Origin: a virus
Taxonomy: Duplodnaviria > Caudoviricetes
DNA length: 64,000 nt
Reading direction: 5' to 3' (one strand)
IMG/VR virus record: IMGVR_UViG_3300043548_000091
Span: 1,620 to 65,619 of that record
The notes beneath the pieces are model-generated. The model searched no databases. It was not told the origin of the DNA and worked only from the letters and a program-made list of their open reading frames with translations. Of the stretch, positions 51,600-60,707 are shown piece by piece; position 1 is the first letter of the stretch, and each line of letters opens with the position of its first letter. Position numbers and translations under genes: made by a program.

Positions 51600-52598
51600 T
51601 TAAAAGCTCGACCAGTCGTCGTCGGCTGAACTGGTTTGGCGGGAAGAAGGAAGCATGACCGTTCCCTTTTCTTCTTTCGTCATCTCGACTGACTGGTCGG
51701 CTTTTATTTCAGTCAAGGGCTTGGCTGTGCTGGCATTCTTGTGGGGGGACTGCTCCCATAGCAGGGGCATGCGCGAGCGATACCCGCCCTGCATCCACGA
51801 CCCGGCCCGGTGCAGCCGGGCGAGGTTGTCCTTCTCGTCCTGCGTGAGCAGTTCAAACCACAGTCCTTGCGGCTCGGCAGGGATGCGCTCACGCAGCGTG
51901 CCGTCCTCGATATATTGGTCAAGGCGCTGGCGAGTTAGGCGCAGCAAGGCTTCGCGCTTGACGTAGTAGTCGCCATCCTCGTCGGTCTTGAAGGCGAACG
52001 AGCGGGTGTTGGTGGTCGTATCGACGAACGCCGTGTGCTTCTTGAACACCTTGGCCACAGTCTCCAGCCCGTTGGTGATGGAGGTGCGGTAGGCCCCGAT
52101 CAGGGTCGGCGCTTCCCTTTTCGCCGCCTTGCGCTTGGCGCGCCGCGCGTTGGAGAGTCGGCAGGCGTCGCACAGCTTGTGCGTGATGAGTTGTGAGGTG
52201 TCCTCGGCCCACCCGTTGCGTCGTTTCTGGGCGAGCGTGGGCTTGGCCTTGAAGACCTCTTCGAGCTTCTCCTCGTAGCACTTGGCGCACACCCGGTGTC
52301 CGTCCTTGAAGACCTTGGGCAGGGGTCGGCGCTTGCCTTCCGGTAAGTACCAGCCATGGGTCTGCGCCGCCTTTACCAGCAGCTTGTGCACCTTGTCGCC
52401 TCGGAACTCATCCACGCCACGATGGGCCAGCAGGTGCACTGCGTCGAGGGTGTCCTTGAATGAGCGGTAGCGTGGCGTGTCGCTGCTACCCGTGAGGCCC
52501 TTGCGAAGTTCGGCTTCTATTTGTGTCAACGACCAAGGCATGGCGAGTGCCCACGGGCGGGGCTTGAACTCGGGGTAGGTCAGTTTGCGTCCAGTCAT
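51600..52598 (-). CDS. Hypothetical protein with CxxC pairs
   Basis: 332 aa with CAKC and CDAC; lies next to the inverted-repeat region. Confidence 0.7.
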   Translation of the reverse strand: MTGRKLTYPEFKPRPWALAMPWSLTQIEAELRKGLTGSSDTPRYRSFKDTLDAVHLLAHRGVDEFRGDKVHKLLVKAAQTHGWYLPEGKRRPLPKVFKDGHRVCAKCYEEKLEEVFKAKPTLAQKRRNGWAEDTSQLITHKLCDACRLSNARRAKRKAAKREAPTLIGAYRTSITNGLETVAKVFKKHTAFVDTTTNTRSFAFKTDEDGDYYVKREALLRLTRQRLDQYIEDGTLRERIPAEPQGLWFELLTQDEKDNLARLHRAGSWMQGGYRSRMPLLWEQSPHKNASTAKPLTEIKADQSVEMTKEEKGTVMLPSSRQTSSADDDWSSF

Positions 52599-52664
52599 TC
52601 GGTGCTCCTAGAGGGTTGGTGAGTGAAATACACGCCCGATTGTCCACTAGTGTCCACGTGATGT

Positions 52665-52942
52665 CCACTAATTCGGGAGTGAAGGGTGGGCTCGGGGGCC
52701 GCATGAATACTGGGGTTCGGGGCATTCGACACCAATAAAGAAGGTTTTGGCATACAACTAACCCCGCTGGATAGGGGAGGACGAAGACGAGTCAACCCAC
52801 AAGAATATTTGCTTACTCATATATTTACTCCCCTTTCTATATATATAAGTAATTCTGTAAATGTGTATATATTGGTGTCGAAAGTGGACAGCGTGAGGAT
52901 TGGCGCGGGTTGCGGGCCTACGCTTCGCTTCCGAATTAGTGG
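52665..52942. repeat. 73-bp imperfect inverted repeat around an AT-rich core (candidate replication origin)
   Basis: Arms 52665-52737 and 52870-52942 have perfect 12- and 13-bp ends and align without gaps. Confidence 0.7.
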
Positions 52943-52981
52943 GTATGCGCCGGACAAAAGGCTGTGCAACTTGTTGTGGAG

Positions 52982-53008
52982 AACTGGCGGACATGGTGTC
53001 CGCCAGTT
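52982..53008. promoter_or_regulatory. Type A palindrome, copy 4
   Basis: AACTGGCGGACA-TGG-TGTCCGCCAGTT. Confidence 0.6.
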
Positions 53009-53017
53009 GCCTTGTGC

Positions 53018-53227
53018 CTACCGGAACAGCTTGCCTTGCTTGAGGGGGCGCACGTATTGAATGAACTCACTCCATTCTTGGTCGCGTGCCTTTGCCTCTT
53101 CGAGGATGCGCTGCTTGTTGGCTCGGTCGGCAGCGATGCGGACGTAGTCTTCGCGTAACTCAACCAGTCGTGCCAGTGAGGCGGGCTTGATTGACTTGTG
53201 GATGGCGTAGCGGTTGGTCTTGGACAT
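53018..53227 (-). CDS. Hypothetical protein
   Basis: 69 aa with SD TAAGGAG. Confidence 0.6.
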   Translation of the reverse strand: MSKTNRYAIHKSIKPASLARLVELREDYVRIAADRANKQRILEEAKARDQEWSEFIQYVRPLKQGKLFR

Positions 53228-53323
53228 GGGGGCTCCTTACTTGATGATGATGGCAACGCAGGTGAAGAACAGGAGGAGGAACAGGCAAGCGCCAGCGGAG
53301 ATGTGTTTCATGGGTTACTCCTT

Positions 53324-53494
53324 TCAGTGGTTGTCGTACAGGGCGATCTGGGTTTCGCCGCGCCACAGTTCTACGCGGCGGTAGGCTGCGGTCAGGGCGT
53401 TGAACAGGGTGTAGGCGTCGTACTCGGTTCGGGCGAAGAACTCCTGATCGAGACCGGCGTTGTGGATGCGAAGGGTGAAGGGGAGGGATTTCAT
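53324..53494 (-). CDS. Hypothetical protein
   Basis: MKSLPFTLRIH..; SD AGGAG. Confidence 0.6.
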   Translation of the reverse strand: MKSLPFTLRIHNAGLDQEFFARTEYDAYTLFNALTAAYRRVELWRGETQIALYDNH

Positions 53495-53568
53495 GGTTGG
53501 AACTCCTAGGTTGGACAGGGAAAGAAACAGCGGCCCGGGCTCCCCCGTGCGCCGCCACGAAAAAACTC

Positions 53569-53585
53569 GCGGACAAGTTGTCCGC
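53569..53585. promoter_or_regulatory. Type A palindrome, copy 5
   Basis: GCGGACA-AGT-TGTCCGC, intergenic. Confidence 0.6.
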
Positions 53586-53601
53586 AAGACGTTGCCAGGA
53601 A

Positions 53602-53985
53602 CTACTGAGCAGCGAGCTTGGACTTGAAGCTGCGCTTCTGACCCGCCGTGAGCTTGGCGAAGTCAGCCAGCAACTTCTCCACGGGATCGGCTGCGCGGGC
53701 TGCGTTGATCTTGGGCTGCTTGGCGGGCAGGTCAGCCTTGGGGAAGCACACCTGAAGCACGCGGTTCATGGCTCGCTCGGCTGCGCTGTCACGCGGCAGC
53801 ATCAGGCCACGCTGACCCTCCGTGATCTTGGCCCCGTACTTCTTGCTGGCCCACTCCATGGCAAGTGGCCGAGCGGTGGCCCGGTCGCCTACACCTAGTG
53901 CGAGCAGTTGCTGAGCGAAATCCAGTTGCGCGCCGTCAACGGCAGCGAAGACAGCGAAGACGGCGGCTTTGTTGAAGGTAGACAT
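53602..53985 (-). CDS. Hypothetical protein, first gene of the early arm
   Basis: MSTFNKAAVFAVF; SD GGAG; upstream extended -10 TGATACAAT near 54063-54071. Confidence 0.7.
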   Translation of the reverse strand: MSTFNKAAVFAVFAAVDGAQLDFAQQLLALGVGDRATARPLAMEWASKKYGAKITEGQRGLMLPRDSAAERAMNRVLQVCFPKADLPAKQPKINAARAADPVEKLLADFAKLTAGQKRSFKSKLAAQ

Positions 53986-54299
53986 GAGTTGAATCTCCAA
54001 AAGAAAAGCCCAGCGAACTGGCCGGGCGACAGATCGGTGCAGACCCCTGAACCGATGCCTCTATTGTATCACTGAGACGTTTCAGAGAACCATTGACAGC
54101 CAGTTGCAGACCCCACCATGGGGTGGGAGCCCGTATATGAGCGGGGCGTGGCGACGTGACATGAACACTGTTCCACATCGACACCCAATACTTTGTAATC
54201 CTTTTGTACAACAGCCCGGCAGTAACACTTTTGGGGAAGGGTGGTAAATCCAGAATTTGGCCCCCACGCCAAAATTTTTCAAAAAATCCAGAAAACCTG

Positions 54300-54315
54300 T
54301 GTCAAACGCCAGACA
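54300..54315. promoter_or_regulatory. Type B palindrome
   Basis: TGTCAAACGCCAGACA in the divergent intergenic region. Confidence 0.4.
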
Positions 54316-54346
54316 CAAAAAAGCCCCCGGCTGTTACACCGGGGGC
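54316..54346 (-). terminator. Intrinsic terminator on the minus strand
   Basis: GCCCCCGG/CCGGGGGC stem followed by a T-run on the minus strand. Confidence 0.55.
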
Positions 54347-54447
54347 GAAGCAATGGAGATAGCAATGACAACCGCTTGCGCAGCCGTCGGGAAGCAGTGT
54401 ACATTTCGGGCAACGAGGTTACAAGGCCCCGCGCCTACCTACGCAAA

Positions 54448-55104
54448 ATGCTGGAACACTTGGTGCACTTTAATCCGGAAGTATCACCGCCCGGGCCCAT
54501 GACAGCGCTGGATGACGCCAGCGTGCAGGATTTGCTGTCGGCCAAGATCGCCACGTCCGACTGGCTGGAAGAAATTGGCGCGCCTCCGGATGAAGAGGTG
54601 GACGCCCAGATCGAGAAGGCCCACGCCAGAAAAGCGTTTGGGGCCCTGACCACCCAGACGGACACGCTGGAGCAAAAGGCGGCCATCGCCACCTTGAAGA
54701 CGCCCGAGGCCGTGCGCCACATCACGGGCATGCTCACCGCCTACGACTGGGAGTTCATCGAGCAGGCCAAGGAGCTTCGCGGCTACACGGTGGCCAAGAT
54801 CGTTGAGGAAACGACCAACACCAACCCCAACATCCGCTTGAAAGCGCTCCAACTGCTGGGCAAGGTCACCGAGGTGGGCCTGTTCACCGAGCAGATTCAG
54901 GTCAAAACCGCCCCCGCCAGCGACGCCGAACTCGATGCACGCATCAAGGAGAAGCTGGGCAAGTTCATGGGGGTCATCGACGTGGTCGATGTGTACACGG
55001 AACCCGAAAAAACAGACACGTCGGACCCGACCTGTACAGAAAACGGCGAAAACTCGACGGATATAGGTGAAAACCCTGACCAGCCTGACCAAACTGGAGC
55101 TTGA
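54448..55104 (+). CDS. Putative terminase small subunit
   Basis: Directly upstream of TerL; RLKALQLLGK..EVGLF pattern. Confidence 0.65.
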   Translation: MLEHLVHFNPEVSPPGPMTALDDASVQDLLSAKIATSDWLEEIGAPPDEEVDAQIEKAHARKAFGALTTQTDTLEQKAAIATLKTPEAVRHITGMLTAYDWEFIEQAKELRGYTVAKIVEETTNTNPNIRLKALQLLGKVTEVGLFTEQIQVKTAPASDAELDARIKEKLGKFMGVIDVVDVYTEPEKTDTSDPTCTENGENSTDIGENPDQPDQTGA

Positions 55105-56599
55105 AGCCCTCCAAAAGGCGCTCCCGCACATGAGTGCGGTGGAGAAGGCTGAGCTTTTGGCGGACCTTGAGGAGCGCGAGAAGCGCGCACGCCTTGCGGC
55201 GGCCCAAGACAACATGCTGGGCTTTGCCACGTCGGTGTATCCGGGCTTCAAGATCGGCCCACACCACAAGAAGCTGGCCAAAATCTTCACGGACGTGATT
55301 GAGGGCAAGAAAAAGCGTGTGATCATCAACATCGCGCCTCGTATGGGCAAGTCGGAGTTCTCCAGCTACTTGTTCCCCGCGTATTTCCTCGGCAAGTACC
55401 CCCAAAAGAAGATCATCATGGGCACGCACACGGCGGGCCTGTCCGAGGACTTCGGTCGTCGCATCCGAAACTTGCTGGATACGGAGGAGTACCGTGAAAT
55501 CTTCCCCGCAACTGTGGTTGCTGACGACCAGAAGGCTGCTGGCAAGTGGTCTACGTCGGTTGGTGGCCAGTATTACGCAGCCGGTGTGGGAGGTGCCCTT
55601 GCGGGTCGCGGCGCTGATCTGTTTGTTATTGATGACCCCCATAGCGAACAAGACGTTAAAACAAATTCCAGACTAGCCTTCGACACCGCGTGGTCGTGGT
55701 TCCAGACAGGCCCCTTGCAGCGCCTGATGCCGGGGGGCGCGATCATTATCATCATGACGCGCTGGTCCCTCTTGGACCTCACAGGCAAGCTGATCGACTA
55801 CCAGATCAAGAACCCCGAGAGCATCCCGTGGGAGATCGTCGAACTGCCTGCGATCCTCAACGAAGGCACCGAGAACGAGAAGAGCCTGTGGCCCGAGCAG
55901 TGGCCGCTGACCAGCCTGAAAGCCACAAAGGCCAGCTTGGACCCCAAGTACTGGAACGCCCAGTACATGCAGCAACCCACGAGCGACAACAGCGCGATCG
56001 TCAGCAGGAAGCACTGGCGCATCTGGGAGGGCGACGAGCCGCCGCCTTGCGAGTACGTGATCCAGTCGTGGGACACGGCGTTCGAGACCAAGAACAATTC
56101 CGACTACAGCGCCTGTACAACGTGGGGCGTCTGGTACAACGAGGAAGAGGGCAACAGCCCGCAGGTAATCCTTTTGGATGCGTTCAAGGCGCGCATGGCG
56201 TTCCCGGAGTTGAAGGAAACGGCGCACAAGCACTACAAGGAATGGGACCCCGACGCGTTCATCGTGGAAAAGAAAGCCGCTGGCGCGCCGCTGATCCAAG
56301 AGCTTCGGGCGATGGGCATCCCGGTGCAGGAGTTTTCACCGAGCCGGGGAAATGACAAAATGGTGCGGCTTAATGCAGTCGCAGACCTCTTCACGTCTGG
56401 GAAAGTGTGGGCACCGGACACGCGCTGGGCGCGTGAAGTGATTGAGGAAGTGGCGTCTTTTCCTGTTGGCGAGCACGACGACTTTGTGGACACGACAACG
56501 CAGGCCCTGCTGCGTTACCGCCAAGGCGGGTTCATCAGTCTGGATACCGACGAGCAGGAAGACCGCTTTTTTCAGCGGCGACGCGCGGCTTATTACTAA
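55067..56599 (+). CDS. terL: Terminase large subunit
   Basis: APRMGKS, IDDPH, MTRW, AQYMQQP, QSWDTA and HDDFVD motifs. Confidence 0.95.
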   Translation: MKTLTSLTKLELEALQKALPHMSAVEKAELLADLEEREKRARLAAAQDNMLGFATSVYPGFKIGPHHKKLAKIFTDVIEGKKKRVIINIAPRMGKSEFSSYLFPAYFLGKYPQKKIIMGTHTAGLSEDFGRRIRNLLDTEEYREIFPATVVADDQKAAGKWSTSVGGQYYAAGVGGALAGRGADLFVIDDPHSEQDVKTNSRLAFDTAWSWFQTGPLQRLMPGGAIIIIMTRWSLLDLTGKLIDYQIKNPESIPWEIVELPAILNEGTENEKSLWPEQWPLTSLKATKASLDPKYWNAQYMQQPTSDNSAIVSRKHWRIWEGDEPPPCEYVIQSWDTAFETKNNSDYSACTTWGVWYNEEEGNSPQVILLDAFKARMAFPELKETAHKHYKEWDPDAFIVEKKAAGAPLIQELRAMGIPVQEFSPSRGNDKMVRLNAVADLFTSGKVWAPDTRWAREVIEEVASFPVGEHDDFVDTTTQALLRYRQGGFISLDTDEQEDRFFQRRRAAYY

Positions 56600-56608
56600 G
56601 GATAAAAG

Positions 56609-59080
56609 ATGGCTACCAACATCGACAAGGCACTGTTTCAATCCCCCGTTGGCATAGCCGACGATGCCGAAGGCATCGAACCGATTGAAATCGAGATCGT
56701 GGACCCGGAGGCAGTGCACATCGAGGCAGGCGATTTGGAGATCGACATCGAGAAAAAAGCGCCCTCCGTCGAAGACTTTGACGCCAACCTTGCCGAGTTC
56801 CTAGACGAAGGCGCGATCCAGACGATGGCCAGTGATCTGGCCAGTGACATCGACAACGACAAGAACTCACGCAAGGAGTGGGAGAAGGCGTATGTCACGG
56901 GGTTGAAACTGCTGGGGCTGCAAATTGAGGAGCGCACGGAGCCGTGGGACGGCGCGTCGGGCGTGTTCCATCCGATGCTCACCGAGGCGGTGGTGAAGTT
57001 CCAGAGCGAGACGATCACCGAGACGTTCCCTGCGCAGGGGCCCGTGAAGACCAAGATCGTGGGCAAGCAGACCCCGGCCAAGCAGGAAGTGGCAGTGCGC
57101 GTCCAAGAGGACATGAACTACCAGTTGACCGAGAAGATGCAGGAGTTCCGCCCGGAGCACGAGCGGATGCTGTGGTCGCTGCCTGCCACCGGCAGCGCGT
57201 TCAAGAAGGTCTACTACGATCCGAACCTTGGCCGTCAGGTGTCGATGTTCATCCCGGCAGAGGACATCCTGCTGCCGTATGGCACGTCGGACATCATGAC
57301 GTGCTACCGCGTATCGCACGTGATGCGCAAGACCGAGAACGACATCAAGAAGCTGCAAGCGGCAGGCTTTTATCGCGACTGCGACATCGGCACGCCCGAC
57401 AAGCACATCGACGCGATCAACCAAGCCAAGGACAAGGAGACGGGGTTCGCCGACCTTAACGACGATCGGTTCACGCTGATCGAGTCGCACGTGGACCTGT
57501 GCATCAAGGAAGACCCGCTGTGCATCCGCGACGAGGATGGTGAGCCCGCAGGCATTGCGCTGCCGTACGTGGTGACATTCATCCGTGGCACGAACACCGT
57601 GCTGGCCATCCGCAGGAACTGGAAAGAAGACGACGAACTGCACTTGAAGCGCCAGCACTTCGTCCACTACCAATACATCCCCGGCTTCGGTGCCTACGGC
57701 TTTGGCCTGTTCCATCTGATCGGCGGCTTCGCCAACTCGGCTACCAGCCTGATGCGTCAACTGATCGACGCTGGCACCCTGAGCAACCTGCCCGGGGGCT
57801 TGAAGAGTCGCGGATTAAGAATTAAAGGAGATGACACTCCGATCGCCCCGGGTGAGTTCCGTGATGTGGACATCGGCTCTGGCGCGCTGCGCGACAACAT
57901 CCTGCCGCTCCCGTACAAGGAGCCTAGCGCCACGCTGTACAACCTGCTCAACACCGTGGTCGAGGAAGGCCGCAGGTTTGCGGCCACGGCAGACGTGAAG
58001 GTGGCGGACATGTCCGCGCAGGCACCGGTGGGCACGACGCTGGCCCTGCTGGAGCGACAACTCAAAGTCCTCACCGCCGTCCAAGCGCGGGTGCACTACG
58101 CGCTCAAGCAAGAGTTGCAGCTTCTCAAAGGCATCATCCGTGACTACACGGACGACGAGTACAGCTACGAGCCTGACGCGGACAAGGACGAGGGCGACAT
58201 GCGCCGCGTCAAGAAGTCGGACTACGACATCGTCGAGGTGATCCCGGTCTCGGACCCCAACGCAGCAACCATGAGCCAGCGGCTGGTGCAGTACCAAGCC
58301 GTCATTCAGCTTTCTCAGACTGCGCCGGACATCTACAACCTGCCGCAGCTTCATCGCGGGATGCTTGAAGTCCTCGGGATCAAAAATGCCGACAAGCTCA
58401 TCCCGCTGCCCGAGGACCAGAAACCGAAGGACCCGGTCACCGAGAACATGAACGTGCTCAAGGGCGAGCCGCTCAAGGCGTTCCAGTATCAGGACCACGA
58501 GTCGCACATCCGGGTGCACATGTCGGCCATGCAGGACCCGATCGTGATGCAGTTGATCGGACAGAACCCCCGCGCTGGGCAGATTCAGGCAGCCATGATG
58601 GCGCACATCGCCGAGCACGTGGGCTTTGGCTATCGCCAAAAGATCGAGCAGCAGTTGGGTATGCCCCTGCCGCCGCAAGACGAGAAGCTGCCTCCGCAGA
58701 TGGAGTTGGCCCTCTCGCAGATGATGGCGCAGGCCGCGCAGCAGGTCCTCCAGCAGAACCAAGCCGCAGCCGCCCAGCAGCAAGCACAGCAGCAGGCGCA
58801 GGACCCGGTCTTGCAGATGCAGCAGCAAGAACTTCAAATCCGCGCCCAAGAAGTGGCGATCAAGGACAAGAAGGTCGCAGCAGATGCCGCCGCCAAGGCA
58901 GACGAATTGGCGCTCAAGGAAAAGCAACTCCAGATCGACGCAGCCTTCAAGGCTGACAAGCTCGAAGCCGACCAAGAACGAGACGGTGTCCGCATGGGCA
59001 TCGACATCGCCAAGAGCAAGGCGCAAGCCGCGCAATCCCGTGCGAAAGCACAACAACCCGGAGGTAATCGCAACCAATGA
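56609..59080 (+). CDS. Portal protein
   Basis: 823 aa after TerL; GSAFKKVY, GFGAYGFG, APVGTT and a long Gln-rich C-terminal helix. Confidence 0.88.
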   Translation: MATNIDKALFQSPVGIADDAEGIEPIEIEIVDPEAVHIEAGDLEIDIEKKAPSVEDFDANLAEFLDEGAIQTMASDLASDIDNDKNSRKEWEKAYVTGLKLLGLQIEERTEPWDGASGVFHPMLTEAVVKFQSETITETFPAQGPVKTKIVGKQTPAKQEVAVRVQEDMNYQLTEKMQEFRPEHERMLWSLPATGSAFKKVYYDPNLGRQVSMFIPAEDILLPYGTSDIMTCYRVSHVMRKTENDIKKLQAAGFYRDCDIGTPDKHIDAINQAKDKETGFADLNDDRFTLIESHVDLCIKEDPLCIRDEDGEPAGIALPYVVTFIRGTNTVLAIRRNWKEDDELHLKRQHFVHYQYIPGFGAYGFGLFHLIGGFANSATSLMRQLIDAGTLSNLPGGLKSRGLRIKGDDTPIAPGEFRDVDIGSGALRDNILPLPYKEPSATLYNLLNTVVEEGRRFAATADVKVADMSAQAPVGTTLALLERQLKVLTAVQARVHYALKQELQLLKGIIRDYTDDEYSYEPDADKDEGDMRRVKKSDYDIVEVIPVSDPNAATMSQRLVQYQAVIQLSQTAPDIYNLPQLHRGMLEVLGIKNADKLIPLPEDQKPKDPVTENMNVLKGEPLKAFQYQDHESHIRVHMSAMQDPIVMQLIGQNPRAGQIQAAMMAHIAEHVGFGYRQKIEQQLGMPLPPQDEKLPPQMELALSQMMAQAAQQVLQQNQAAAAQQQAQQQAQDPVLQMQQQELQIRAQEVAIKDKKVAADAAAKADELALKEKQLQIDAAFKADKLEADQERDGVRMGIDIAKSKAQAAQSRAKAQQPGGNRNQ

Positions 59081-59271
59081 TCCAAGACTTCGCACGCGTA
59101 CTGCGCGAGAAGATACGCACCGACATGAACAACTACGCCGATGACTTGGCGGGGGGTTCGTGCCGCTCTTTCGATGAATATCAAAAACTCTGCGGTGTGA
59201 TTCAAGGTCTCGCCGTCGCAGAGCGCCATCTACTTGACCTTGCAGAGAAAGTTGAGCAATCCGATGAGTGA
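59077..59271 (+). CDS. Hypothetical protein
   Basis: 64 aa, LAGG...FDEYQKLCGVIQGL, coupled to the portal gene. Confidence 0.75.
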   Translation: MIQDFARVLREKIRTDMNNYADDLAGGSCRSFDEYQKLCGVIQGLAVAERHLLDLAEKVEQSDE

Positions 59272-59698
59272 ATCAGGTCTGATCCTGCCCCCGGGCATTT
59301 CGCTGCCCCAAGCCATCCAACCCCAAGACACGCAAAACGAAGCTGCTCCCGCCGAGGAGAAAGCCAAGTCGCTGCCCGAGCCCACGGGTTGGAAAATTCT
59401 GTGCGTTGTGCCGGACGTTTCTCAGACGTTTGAGAACTCCGAGATCATCAAAGCCGACCAGTTCATGAAGCAAGAGGAGCACGCGACGACGGTGCTGTTC
59501 GTGCTCAAGGTGGGCCCCGACGCATACAAAGACACCGCCAAGTTTCCTTCCGGCGCATGGTGCAAGGAAGGCGACTTCGTTCTCGTTCGGACTTATTCCG
59601 GTACGAGGTTCAAGATTTTCGGCAAGGAATTCAGGCTCCTGAACGACGACCAAGTCGATGCCGTTGTAGAAGACCCGCGCGGCCTGACGCGCGCCTGA
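59264..59698 (+). CDS. groES: GroES-like co-chaperonin
   Basis: PTGWKIL..VLKVGPDAY..KEGDFV..YSG..FRLLNDDQVDAVV. Confidence 0.8.
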   Translation: MSESGLILPPGISLPQAIQPQDTQNEAAPAEEKAKSLPEPTGWKILCVVPDVSQTFENSEIIKADQFMKQEEHATTVLFVLKVGPDAYKDTAKFPSGAWCKEGDFVLVRTYSGTRFKIFGKEFRLLNDDQVDAVVEDPRGLTRA

Positions 59699-59708
59699 AG
59701 GAGTAGAA

Positions 59709-60707
59709 ATGTCCGGATACAAATTCCCTGACGAGCAAGAAGCCGACGACAAGAACATCGTCGCCGCTGGCGACGACAACGGGGAGGAGAGCAACGAGGT
59801 CAAGGTTGGAGTCAGCGCTGATGGCGATGACGTTGAAATCGAGATCGTTGATGACACCCCTCCCCAAGACCGTGGGCGCAAGCCGCTGGAGCGTGAGGTC
59901 AACGACCCCACCGAGGAAGAAATCGACGGCTACTCCGAGGGCGTGAAAAAGCGCATCAAGGAACTGACGCACGCGCGGCATGACGAGCGCCGCGCCAAGG
60001 AAGCGCTGCTGCGGGAGAAACAGGAGCTTGAACGCATCGCCCAGTTGATGGTCGAGGAAAACAAGAAACTAAAGCAGTACGTGCAGACCGGCACCGAGCA
60101 ATACGTTGCTTCGCAGGTGCAGGTGGCCGAGAACGAAGTCGATAAGGCCAAGGCTGCCCTCAAGGCGGCCACGGAATCGTTTGACACGGAAGCCATCATC
60201 GCGGCCCAAGAGGCGCTGATGGAGGCCAAGTTCAAGGTGCAGAGCGCAAAATCTTTTAAGCCTGCCCCTTTACAAGAAGAAACCGTTGAGGTAAAAACTC
60301 CTCAAAATTCGGACCCGGCTCCCGAACTGGACCAAAAGACCCTGAACTGGCAGGCAAAAAACCAGTGGTTCGGTGCTCCGGGATACGAGGAATTAACCAG
60401 CTTCGCACTGGGGCTGCACCAAAAACTAGTGACATCGGGGGTTGACCCCCGCTCGGATGAGTACTTCGAGAGAATCGACTCTCGCATAAAGGATAAGTTT
60501 CCCGAAGTTTTCGGGGAGCCTAAGTCCCAGCCGAAATCCGGCGATGGCTCCAGAAAGCCTACGACGGTTGTTGCCCCGGCGAGTCGCTCGACGGGTGCAA
60601 AGAAAATCCAACTGACTCCGACCCAGATCGCTCTGGCAAAGAAATTTGGACTGACCCCGCAGCAATACGCTGCTCAAGTAGCAAAACTGGAGAAATCGAA
60701 TGGCTGA
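59709..60707 (+). CDS. Putative scaffolding protein
   Basis: Acidic N-terminus, coiled coil, W...N.WF motif and basic C-terminal helix; lies between portal and capsid genes. Confidence 0.7.
   Translation: MSGYKFPDEQEADDKNIVAAGDDNGEESNEVKVGVSADGDDVEIEIVDDTPPQDRGRKPLEREVNDPTEEEIDGYSEGVKKRIKELTHARHDERRAKEALLREKQELERIAQLMVEENKKLKQYVQTGTEQYVASQVQVAENEVDKAKAALKAATESFDTEAIIAAQEALMEAKFKVQSAKSFKPAPLQEETVEVKTPQNSDPAPELDQKTLNWQAKNQWFGAPGYEELTSFALGLHQKLVTSGVDPRSDEYFERIDSRIKDKFPEVFGEPKSQPKSGDGSRKPTTVVAPASRSTGAKKIQLTPTQIALAKKFGLTPQQYAAQVAKLEKSNG

Noticed and set aside
48048-53585. Palindromic repeats as a CRISPR array
   Set aside because: Copies are 0.6-2 kb apart with genes between them. No cas operon is present, and the Cas4-like nuclease is a normal replication-module gene.
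54241-54447. Upstream ORF extensions in the track (also 1388, 9362, 9952, 13460, 37418, 46669)
   Set aside because: Downstream starts have better SD or stop-start coupling, or the extensions run through other genes or regulatory DNA.
57815-59095. 426-aa minus-strand ORF
   Set aside because: Antisense shadow of the portal gene.
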